Assembly: GCA_016930515.1 (NCBI GenBank)
Contig: JAFGGO010000040.1
Span: forward strand, 1-35,927
Direction of reading: 5' to 3'
Source of the DNA: Promethearchaeota archaeon
GTDB lineage: Archaea; Asgardarchaeota; Lokiarchaeia; Sigyniarchaeales; SOKP01
Length of the DNA: 35,927 nucleotides
Part shown: positions 9,168 to 17,428 of the stretch, piece after piece
Numbering within the stretch: position 1 is the stretch's first letter
Layout: every line of letters starts with the position of its first letter
Program-made: the position numbers and the translations under genes
Notes under the pieces: generated by a model
Databases searched by the model: none
Told to the model about the DNA's origin: nothing
Seen by the model: only the letters and a program-made list of their open reading frames with translations

Positions 9168-10019
9168 ATGATAGATCAAGTAAAAGATGCCCGGATGAAT
9201 AAATTATCAGAGGATTTCGAACCCGTAAAGTGCAAGATCGATTTTATCGCACTTAATTCGGCCCGCATCCCTCTTAAAAACCATTCAATGATGTTGGGTG
9301 CCATTTATGGCTTATTTGCACAGATAGATCCCGTATTTACCTACAAGCACCATAAATCAACCGTGGTAAAACCGTGGTCCTTTTCCTTACTTAAGTTTTA
9401 CAATAAACCATGGAGCGAAGCCGAAGTTAGGAACGATTTCATCCAAGTTGACGAGGGTACGAGGGGATATTTTTTTATAAAATCGATTCGATCAGATTTA
9501 GACGAAATGATAAAAGAATTCTCCTTGAAAGGCAAGATTTTTCACGTCGGAAACCTCAAGATGCTTATAACCAAGATAGAGACCCATTGGAGCGATTTTA
9601 ATAAAAATTACCCGAATATCGATACCATAGCGCTCAAGTTAGAAGCACCGACTTTTTTTTATGACGCTCGAGAGTGTAAACTCGACCCGTTTACTATTGA
9701 AACATTTTTTAATTACCAATGCGAGAAATTCAAGCAATTGAACTTGTTTGAAATTGACCCAGAATTATTGTATCCATACGCTTGGATTCTCAAAAAGGAG
9801 CTAAAACAGAGTTGGGGTGCCGTGACAAATTGGAACGACCCCAAGGAATCATTGATATTTAACGGATGGGTTGGGACGGTAAAATTCAAGATCGTTGGGA
9901 ACATCCTCGAGCGAACAACGCTGTGGAAGTTGTTTTACCTTTCTGAATTCACGGGAATCGGGACAAGGACCTCGATGGGGTTCGGACACAATTCTTTTGC
10001 ATTTATAACGGAAGAATAA
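9168..10019 (+). CDS. cas6: CRISPR pre-crRNA endoribonuclease Cas6
   Basis: KPWSFSLL; C-terminal EFTGIGTRTSMGFG G-rich loop; last gene of the operon. Confidence 0.93.
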   Translation: MIDQVKDARMNKLSEDFEPVKCKIDFIALNSARIPLKNHSMMLGAIYGLFAQIDPVFTYKHHKSTVVKPWSFSLLKFYNKPWSEAEVRNDFIQVDEGTRGYFFIKSIRSDLDEMIKEFSLKGKIFHVGNLKMLITKIETHWSDFNKNYPNIDTIALKLEAPTFFYDARECKLDPFTIETFFNYQCEKFKQLNLFEIDPELLYPYAWILKKELKQSWGAVTNWNDPKESLIFNGWVGTVKFKIVGNILERTTLWKLFYLSEFTGIGTRTSMGFGHNSFAFITEE

Positions 10020-10059
10020 AATAATTAAAAAATTAATTTGCTTGAAAAAAGTCGAATTT

Positions 10060-10481
10060 AAAGGGAAAGTTTATATATACATCTTGCATAAACGAATATC
10101 GTGTTTAAAAAGAGCATTTCGCTCGCACGATGGAAATAAAGCTCTCAAACTTATATTACATAACCAGAAATGGATTAAATAAAGAACAACTCGCAGCGAT
10201 CAAGAGATCGCGAAATGGCACGAGGGGTTCTCATTGGAAACCGCGCGGCGGATGGTGTCAGGTTACCCTGCTTAACCCGTTCTCGAAAAAAGAGAAATTT
10301 GCAACCAAATTTCTTGATGACGTTTTATGGCCATTAGCACGGGGCGAGCAGGGAAGATCGCGAACCGAAAAGCTTAAATACCCAAAGTGACCCTTTAAAT
10401 AGGCGTGACATTTGAACCGTGATCTAGCAACTCGATCGCGGAGGCCGCTCCTAGACCGCGCTTGCGAGGAAAAAAGTACCA
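10060..10481 (+). promoter_or_regulatory. Leader of CRISPR array 2
   Basis: GGGAAAG-TTTATATA (TATA 10070-10077) and a second TTTAAATA near 10394. The leader end CGCTTGCG-AGGAAAAAAGTACCA is conserved with the mini-array leader at 12840-12860. Confidence 0.7.
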
Positions 10482-11037
10482 GTTTGTAAATACTTAGAAA
10501 TAGATTGAAACTGGTCAAGCTTTGGATCAAATCCAAAACAATATCCCGTTTGTAAATACTTAGAAATAGATTGAAACCAGTCCAAAGAAATTGTAATTAC
10601 TTTTTGTTCTGGGTTTGTAAATACCTAGAAATAGATTGAAACTCGATCCAGACGGTAATGGTAATCCTGATAATTGTCGTTTGTAAATAACTAGAAATAG
10701 ATTGAAACTGTGGAAGAGCTTGTCAGAAGTGAAGGAGGTATCATGTTTGTAAATACCTAGAAATAGATTGAAACCTTGGGCTAAACCCCTTATAATTCTC
10801 TAAAATTTTTGTTTGGAAATACCTAGAAATAGATTGAAACATTTTTGAAACCAGATATAGCACTGACTTTTAGTAGTTTGTAAATACCTAGAAATAGATT
10901 GAAACAAGAAGTGTTTTCCATTTTATCACCTTTTTAATTTTGTTTGTAAATACCTAGTAATAGATTGAAACTCAGTAAACTCAAGCTTTAATCCCAACAA
11001 TAATTGAGTTTGTAAATACCTAGAAATAGATTGAAAC
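10482..11037 (+). CRISPR. CRISPR array 2: 9 repeats, 8 spacers
   Basis: The 30-bp repeat GTTTGTAAATACCTAGAAATAGATTGAAAC starts at 10482,10548,10613,10679,10745,10811,10876,10942,11008; several copies carry single substitutions. Confidence 0.98.
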
Positions 11038-11079
11038 TTATTGTAGATTATTCTTAAAGAACTCGAGAATGAGGATATT

Positions 11080-11397
11080 ATGTGGAGAATTGGTCGTACT
11101 TCTAGCTTGATCCTTCAAAGTATTGACTTAGACATTGATGATAATGAAATAATTATATCAGAATCAGGAGCTAGTCGTATAGCTAAGATTTTTAACAACA
11201 ATTTAGGTGATCAGATTCACTTAATTAACGATGAAAAGTTCCATTGTTTTTATGAGAAAATCGAGCTTGATGGAGTCAACCTTGAAATAGAAGCAGATTT
11301 GCTAGTTAAACTAAACGGAACGACATCGAAAAGAGTACTCGGACTCTTTAGACTCATTACATATCAATCGATTTTTAGTTCCCATGCAACCCCCTGA
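11080..11397 (+). CDS. Hypothetical protein, possibly a 5'-truncated gene remnant
   Basis: 105-aa ORF; the frame stays open and protein-like (IILKELENEDI) back to 11047, about 10 nt after the last repeat. Confidence 0.45.
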   Translation: MWRIGRTSSLILQSIDLDIDDNEIIISESGASRIAKIFNNNLGDQIHLINDEKFHCFYEKIELDGVNLEIEADLLVKLNGTTSKRVLGLFRLITYQSIFSSHATP

Positions 11398-11571
11398 ATA
11401 CAGTAAAATCTCAAGAAAAAATGGGGGGAAGAATGCTTCATTATAAATACAAAAAATTAAGGAGTAACTAAACGAAACTCTTAAATTTTACTAAAATTAT
11501 TATATTTCCTAATTATCGTCGAAATTCACAAAATCACCTATAATTTTTTAAATATATAGCAGGTATCTAAG

Positions 11572-12549
11572 ATGGGAATCTATTATTTATCTGGTTTAGG
11601 TACAAGCCCAGGAGCAACCTTGCTTCCTTTGGATTACTTGTATTTGATGTTAAAGATGGCTTTGAATGGTAACAATGACGCCAAGATGTTTTTTGAAAGA
11701 TCTGGAGAATTAAATCAAGAGCAAAAGGGTGATGTTGAGTATATCATTATTTTCACATCAAAAGAAGTAATTGAAGGGACGATAAAACCAAGAAATCTCA
11801 CGGATACTTGGTTTAATTCTCAACCTAACAACGAAACTTCAATACCGAAGATTGTGACAAAATCCTTATCAAAATTAGTAAAGAATTGTTCTTTAAAGAA
11901 AGGAGAATGGATTAAAGGTATATATTTCGTACAAGTTGATTTCAAGGATTTTACCGATTGCTACGAAAAAATATTCATTACGATGAAAGCACTCTTGAGA
12001 AAGGAGGTCTGGATAAATCTTATTGGGGGTTCTAATCAAATCACGCTATCACTTTTTTTAGCATCGGGTTTGACGGGAATAGCACCAAATTATCTTTATA
12101 TCTTCCAGGACGATATTTCAAAAATCCATCCTGATATTAAAAGACCTAATTTTGAAAACCCAAATATCACAATTCCTCCTCCTAATTGGTGTGAATTTCC
12201 CTTTTTTTGGCTAGGTTTGGAAAACGAAGTTCTACAAGGAATTGAAAATGCATTTGGAGATAGGGATATAATACATAAGAACGAATTATTAAGCGTTTTG
12301 GATAATAATCACATATCTCACCAGCATTTAGCAAAGTTAAGAAGCACTAGCTTGATTCAATTTTTAAATAACGATGCCGTGAAGAAAGGTGTAGGATTTA
12401 GTGCTATTAAAGATTATAACATAGAAACTAATGTTGATAACATGACTAAGTGGAAAGAATGGGGTGTGAAAAAAGGCATCCTTTTCCAAGCCGATATTAA
12501 TTCCCCATTTAATTTGAATAAAATGAAATTGACACATATTCAAGCTTAA
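11572..12549 (+). CDS. Divergent CARF-domain protein (CARF + probable wHTH)
   Basis: YYLSGLGTSPGA N-terminal CARF motif; EVWINLIGGSNQ at the second CARF motif; located between array 2 and the mini-array. Confidence 0.7.
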   Translation: MGIYYLSGLGTSPGATLLPLDYLYLMLKMALNGNNDAKMFFERSGELNQEQKGDVEYIIIFTSKEVIEGTIKPRNLTDTWFNSQPNNETSIPKIVTKSLSKLVKNCSLKKGEWIKGIYFVQVDFKDFTDCYEKIFITMKALLRKEVWINLIGGSNQITLSLFLASGLTGIAPNYLYIFQDDISKIHPDIKRPNFENPNITIPPPNWCEFPFFWLGLENEVLQGIENAFGDRDIIHKNELLSVLDNNHISHQHLAKLRSTSLIQFLNNDAVKKGVGFSAIKDYNIETNVDNMTKWKEWGVKKGILFQADINSPFNLNKMKLTHIQA

Positions 12550-12860
12550 ATTTTTTTCTACAAGTCTATTTTCACGCACGAGATAATTGTTCTTTCAAAA
12601 CTGGAATGTTCAAGACACAAATCTTATAAAAAATCCTTTTATTTTTGACTATTTATTATAAGTATTAAAAGAGTCGAGCTGGTGGACGGATATACTGGTT
12701 TAGGGTTGGCTTCATTCAATTATTCTACGTGGTTTGCCATCCGAAGGCAGGCGCATTCCCAGAAATGGAATAAAAATCACGCAAAGGTCGCGCTAAATCT
12801 ATGAAAAAAGTTCTTCGTTAGCAGATGATATTTTTTACCCGCTTGCGAAGAAAAGTACCA

Positions 12861-12955
12861 GGTTGTAACTGTCTAAAAATAGATTGAAACATGCCGGGAG
12901 AGATAAATGTACTATCCTCAGTCTCGTTTGGATTTGCCTAGAAATAGAATAGAGC
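12861..12955 (+). CRISPR. Degenerate CRISPR mini-array (2 divergent repeats, one 35-nt spacer)
   Basis: GGTTGTAACTGTCTAAAAATAGATTGAAAC (12861-12890), spacer 12891-12925, GTTTGGATTTGCCTAGAAATAGAATAGAGC (12926-12955); preceded by the same leader-end motif as array 2. Confidence 0.85.
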
Positions 12956-13201
12956 CATCTAAAAAAATACATTCTTTTAAATTCATTGAGATAAGCGCGG
13001 TATCTCTAGCAGAAGAGTCATTAATGAAAATGAGGCAGAATAGAGATGCCTAATTCTTATTCCACTCACTTTTATAATCCTTTTAGCGAAGATCAATTTG
13101 CGCGACTACCTGTCGCACGATACAGTGAGATTTAAATATTAAGAAATCTTATTTCAATTTAACCAGAAATAACGAGAGGGAGGGTTTTAGATCGATTAGT
13201 C

Positions 13202-14251
13202 ATGAACAAGTCAAATAACGAACTAAGCAATAGAAAGTGGAGAAAAACTTGGTTGAGATTTTATCTCAACGAGGAAGATCTCGTGTCGAGGGATAAAAGG
13301 AAAAATTTTACAAACCATCGTGACGATCCTGAAGGATTTAAAAAGGTTCCTGCTGACGATTATTATCAGGTAAACGAGTTATTGTCCTTGAGGCGAGAAG
13401 GACCCCGAACCTACATCGAAGTAAACGGAATGAAATTCATTCAGTGCGTTCGATTACTTCTGTCCGTGCCCACAAATACCTTGCATCTGTTTAATGACAT
13501 AAACTCTATAGATGATTTTATTCAGGTTAAAAGGAAGCATGCTTCAGAGGTTCAACTTCAGGAAGCAGGTGATTTTGTGATTAGTCCCGAGGAGGAATTC
13601 GTTGGACACTGTTCAAATGTGCAAGCTTGGGCCGAGCACGATTACGACACGCGCATCTTGCATTCAAATCTCGCCTTTCCACTCTTGAAAAAACTTGCGC
13701 TAGAGGGTGACGAGAAAGCGAAAAGTGCCTTAAAGGACGAGATCGTAAAGAGATATAAGGAGGGAAATGAAACTGTTAGACGTTATTTGAAAAAACAAGG
13801 TTTTCTTGATTTTTTGACTGAAGAAGAACGATTACTTGGTCTAAAAATAATAAGAAATATCCCTCGTGTACCTGCCCCTATCCGATTTTTCAAAGGAGAA
13901 GGTTTCGTGCTTGCAAATCCTGGAGGAGTTGTTGGAAACCTCGTAGAAAAGCACCTTGGAATTTTGAAAAAAGCAGGTGATGCGGGATCCTGGGAGCTCG
14001 TTAATCGTTGCAAGAACGAATTGATCTCCCTATACGAACGAGCTTGCGAATCGTGGACCAGTCAAAAGGAGCAACAAATCTCTAAAGCAGAAAAAATTAG
14101 AAAATTAAGATTAAGAATCGACTTATCAAGCATCCTGTTAATTGGAGAACGAGTACGAGAAATAAAAGAACTCCTTTATTTGGTTCAGAGAGTCTTGAGC
14201 GTCTTAACAACCTCACAAGTAATTCGATGTTTGGAGGCTAGCCTGTCGTGA
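13202..14251 (+). CDS. Lokiarchaeal uncharacterised protein carrying the domain usually found N-terminal to LRRs, here with a helical C-terminus
   Basis: NELLSLRRE..TYIEVNG..FIQC, ISPEEEFVGHCSNVQAW, YDTRILHSNLAFPLLKKL...GD..AK..KDEI..R; recognised from memory as an expanded Loki family. Confidence 0.7.
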   Translation: MNKSNNELSNRKWRKTWLRFYLNEEDLVSRDKRKNFTNHRDDPEGFKKVPADDYYQVNELLSLRREGPRTYIEVNGMKFIQCVRLLLSVPTNTLHLFNDINSIDDFIQVKRKHASEVQLQEAGDFVISPEEEFVGHCSNVQAWAEHDYDTRILHSNLAFPLLKKLALEGDEKAKSALKDEIVKRYKEGNETVRRYLKKQGFLDFLTEEERLLGLKIIRNIPRVPAPIRFFKGEGFVLANPGGVVGNLVEKHLGILKKAGDAGSWELVNRCKNELISLYERACESWTSQKEQQISKAEKIRKLRLRIDLSSILLIGERVREIKELLYLVQRVLSVLTTSQVIRCLEASLS

Positions 14252-14579
14252 TCTTGCTTTTTAGGGAGTAATTTTATCGATCAATCGCTAGAGCACTATC
14301 ACGCATGACAGTGCGACCAATACATTTAAATAGTAACCTATCTAGATCTATCTTGTTGGACATGAGCTTAAACCCATTTCTGGGTTACCAATAGAATTGA
14401 TAAATTCAATGGTGCGGATTGCGAAGGGGTGTGGGGATAGGGGAATTAAGTCTCATTAATGAGAATTAGGAGAAAAGTTGAGGGCGAAATCAACCTTTAT
14501 TCCTTATTTAAAATCTTATACAGAGATTTACACTAACATGCGTTAATAAAAAAAGTGAACATTCAAGGATTTGAAAATA

Positions 14580-15011
14580 ATGAGTAAAATGGCAGAAACA
14601 ATGGAGTTGTCAAACATATATAGAATCGGTTATTACGAGACGAAACCATTGTTAGGAGAAAGTGCTTATTGCCTGCTAGACTGGGAATCAAAAGACGATC
14701 GGTCTTATTGGTGCAGGTATGGAAGAGAATACACGGGTGTGAGATGGTTTCCAGAACCGATGAGCGAAGACGCAAGAAAAGCAATTCGAAAAGCCTTGGA
14801 GTCATTCGCAAAACAATTAGGCGTAGATCTCTATCAATTTAAAGATATAGAGAGTATCAACGTGCTCACGCTCGTGAAAGTTGTAGCTAAAAAGAAAAGA
14901 ACCATACCCGATCAAGAACTTGATGAATTGGAAAGAGGGATCTCAGGACGAAAATCGGCGATTGACATTTACGAGACGAACGATGGCAAGGTCATCTATT
15001 ACAGGCGTTAA
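14580..15011 (+). CDS. Hypothetical protein
   Basis: ~143-aa ORF with protein-like composition, convergent with the MYG1 gene; no family recognised. Confidence 0.65.
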   Translation: MSKMAETMELSNIYRIGYYETKPLLGESAYCLLDWESKDDRSYWCRYGREYTGVRWFPEPMSEDARKAIRKALESFAKQLGVDLYQFKDIESINVLTLVKVVAKKKRTIPDQELDELERGISGRKSAIDIYETNDGKVIYYRR

Positions 15012-15031
15012 TAAAACTCGGACCTGAAAGG

Positions 15032-15868
15032 TCAATCGATTGCAAGCGCCAAATATTTTTCGATTTCCTGTTCCGAAAGGGGTGCCGTGGCGACCATGAA
15101 ACCGTTCTTGTGCGCAAAGAGTATCTTGTCCTTTCCCGCAAGTCGCGTGAAATCTATCCTCGAATCGTCGTCATATCTCTTTAAAACCATAGATTTTTCC
15201 GGTCGATCGTTGTCGTAAACGCAAGCACCTCCGTTGCCCCATTTATCCCTTTTTGTCCTTTCCAAAACCTTAAAAAAAACAGCGTTCGGCTTGACTCCCA
15301 AGCAAGTTATGACGGGAACGCCCTTGATTGTTGTAAAAGACGCCTTTTTCTGAATTTCTGCCTGGACGGTGCGATATTCCTTAAGCTGGGAAAAAAACCG
15401 TTCTCCAATTGTTTTAAGGAGAATAAAAAGGGGTTCGCCTTTAACTATCCTATCGTTTTCCTGGAATAAGTCAAGCAAAACTTCCTCAACAAACGATTCG
15501 AGTCCGTCAACGGCATTTTTGTCTATGCCGAGCCGTTCTTGAACGAACGAAGGCCCTCTTGAATCCATCAGGACGGCGATGGGTAACCACGAAAACACGT
15601 TAGAGGCTTCTTCGAACAGGTTCCATGAGCGCAGCAAGAGCGACAGCGTGCAATCGTCCATGGCTTCCTGATGGTGATCGAAATTCCTTAGTTTGGGTTT
15701 AAGTGCCTTACCGATGTCAAGTACCCACGTGTCCGGATCTTTTAATTCTTCCTCCGAAGGATTCCTCCGTTCGATAAGTGAGACCGCGGGATCCCTCGAA
15801 AGGACCAAGCACGTGGAAAGCAAGTCGTCAAGATGGGCAGAGCCGGGATGTGTCACTATTTTATGCAT
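15032..15868 (-). CDS. MYG1/UPF0160 family metal-dependent hydrolase (DHH-like exonuclease)
   Basis: THPGSAHLDD, LDIG, NFDHHQ, FAHKNGF motifs. Confidence 0.85.
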   Translation of the reverse strand: MHKIVTHPGSAHLDDLLSTCLVLSRDPAVSLIERRNPSEEELKDPDTWVLDIGKALKPKLRNFDHHQEAMDDCTLSLLLRSWNLFEEASNVFSWLPIAVLMDSRGPSFVQERLGIDKNAVDGLESFVEEVLLDLFQENDRIVKGEPLFILLKTIGERFFSQLKEYRTVQAEIQKKASFTTIKGVPVITCLGVKPNAVFFKVLERTKRDKWGNGGACVYDNDRPEKSMVLKRYDDDSRIDFTRLAGKDKILFAHKNGFMVATAPLSEQEIEKYLALAID

Positions 15869-16075
15869 GAAAACACCTAAAGTTCACATTACAATTCCTA
15901 AATTACTTCTGGAACTTTAATAAATAGAACAATGGTAAGATTATAAATCTTGCCTCTGAAGCGAACGGCCTTTCGAATCGTGCGTTCATTGGTAAATATC
16001 CCAACCAATCTTTCGAGGAAATATGCCAAAAGTAAAGCGAAAATAAAGAGAAAAATAAAAAAGTAGAGAAATTAT

Positions 16076-16579
16076 TTATTCAATCTTCTTGAACTTGTCT
16101 TTCGGCACGCCGCACACGGGGCACTTGTCGGGCAGGGGACCTTCGTGCGTGTATCCGCAGACGGGACACACGTGAATGTCTTGTTTTTTCAAATCCTTGC
16201 CGCCTTCTGCCGCTTCTAAGGCCTTCCCGTAGAGCGCATGGTGGATCTTTTCCACCTGATTAGCGAGGTCGAACGACCTCTCGGCTTGCTTGTTCCCTTC
16301 AGCCTTGGCGTCCTTCAAAAACTCCGGGTACATCGTAGTAAATTCGTAATTCTCCCCTCCAATAGCGGCCTTAAGGTTTTCAACGGTGGTCTTGACGCCT
16401 CCCATCACGCGAAGGTGATTATGGGCGTGAACGGTCTCTGCTGCAGCTGCTGCTCGAAACAATTTGGCGATTTGGGAAAGACCGTCCTTATCGGCCTGTT
16501 CAGCAAAGGCCAAGTATTTTCGATTGGCTTGGCTTTCTCCTGCGAATGCTTCTTTCAAGTTATCGTCTGTTTTTGTCAT
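16076..16579 (-). CDS. rbr: Rubrerythrin
   Basis: AFAGESQANRKY, ETVHA, GENYE, EKIH diiron ligands; C-terminal CPVCG...CPVC. Confidence 0.95.
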   Translation of the reverse strand: MTKTDDNLKEAFAGESQANRKYLAFAEQADKDGLSQIAKLFRAAAAAETVHAHNHLRVMGGVKTTVENLKAAIGGENYEFTTMYPEFLKDAKAEGNKQAERSFDLANQVEKIHHALYGKALEAAEGGKDLKKQDIHVCPVCGYTHEGPLPDKCPVCGVPKDKFKKIE

Positions 16580-16663
16580 TTTACATGCTACCTCAAATGT
16601 GTATTGGCTTTGATAACGCGTGAACTAATATAACCGTTTAGGTTATTGATTATAAACGCGATA

Positions 16664-17242
16664 TTAGAAGGATGCTCGAATAGTATCGAAAAACTTGGGA
16701 GAGTGGTCGCAGATCGGGCAGTTGGAAGTGGGCTTGCTGAGTTCGACATTGCCGCATATCGTGCAGACGTGGATTTCGCCTAGATCGATGGGCTTATTTT
16801 TTTCCAACCTCGTTAAAAACCTTGAGAACAGTTTCCTATGAATGTTCTCGGCCTGACGAGCGAGGTTAAAGGTAAGCTCAACCACGTTTTGTCCCTCTTT
16901 TTTTGCGTTTTTCAGGAACGTCTTATACATTACCTTGAACTCGTGCCGTTCTCCTTCCATTGCGTTGGCGAGGTTGGATCGAGTGTCCCCGACGAGATTG
17001 TTGAGTTCTTCTTCCGTAATTTGCACGATGTCTTCCACGAGTGCTTCTCGTCCGGTCAATACCGACAATGCTTTCAAGTGGTTCTTCACGTGGACGCTTT
17101 CCGCTCGAGAAACGGCCTCAAACAAGAGCGAAATTCCTTTAAGTCCTTCTTTCTTGGCTCGTTCTGCGTATAATTGATACTTTCTACGGGCGTTGCTTTC
17201 GCCCCTGATGGCGTCCTTAAGATTTTCTTCCAAGATTGACAT
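16664..17242 (-). CDS. Rubrerythrin family protein (second paralog)
   Basis: GESNARRKY, ESVH, GERHE, ENIH; CTICG...CPIC. Confidence 0.9.
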   Translation of the reverse strand: MSILEENLKDAIRGESNARRKYQLYAERAKKEGLKGISLLFEAVSRAESVHVKNHLKALSVLTGREALVEDIVQITEEELNNLVGDTRSNLANAMEGERHEFKVMYKTFLKNAKKEGQNVVELTFNLARQAENIHRKLFSRFLTRLEKNKPIDLGEIHVCTICGNVELSKPTSNCPICDHSPKFFDTIRASF

Positions 17243-17428
17243 GGTCGTACCTTTTTTTCACTAAAAGCGTTGTTATATAATATCAAAAATGGTTTAAAAA
17301 TCATGCTCGCTTGAACAAGCAAAAAAACGGAAATGTGACTTATACAAAAAAATCAAAGAGTATTAAACTTCTGATTAATTTTAATAAATCAGGTATAGCG
17401 AGTATTTCACGGGGAATATCTGGGTTCA

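Noticed and set aside
10130-10536. ORFs 10130..10390 (+) and 10258..10536 (-)
   Set aside because: They lie in the CRISPR leader or overlap a repeat; Arg-rich atypical composition and no family motif
15032-15868. MYG1/DHH-like hydrolase as a type III signal-degrading enzyme (NrN-like)
   Set aside because: About 2 kb outside the island, opposite strand, grouped with rubrerythrins; no CorA or SAM-lyase partner
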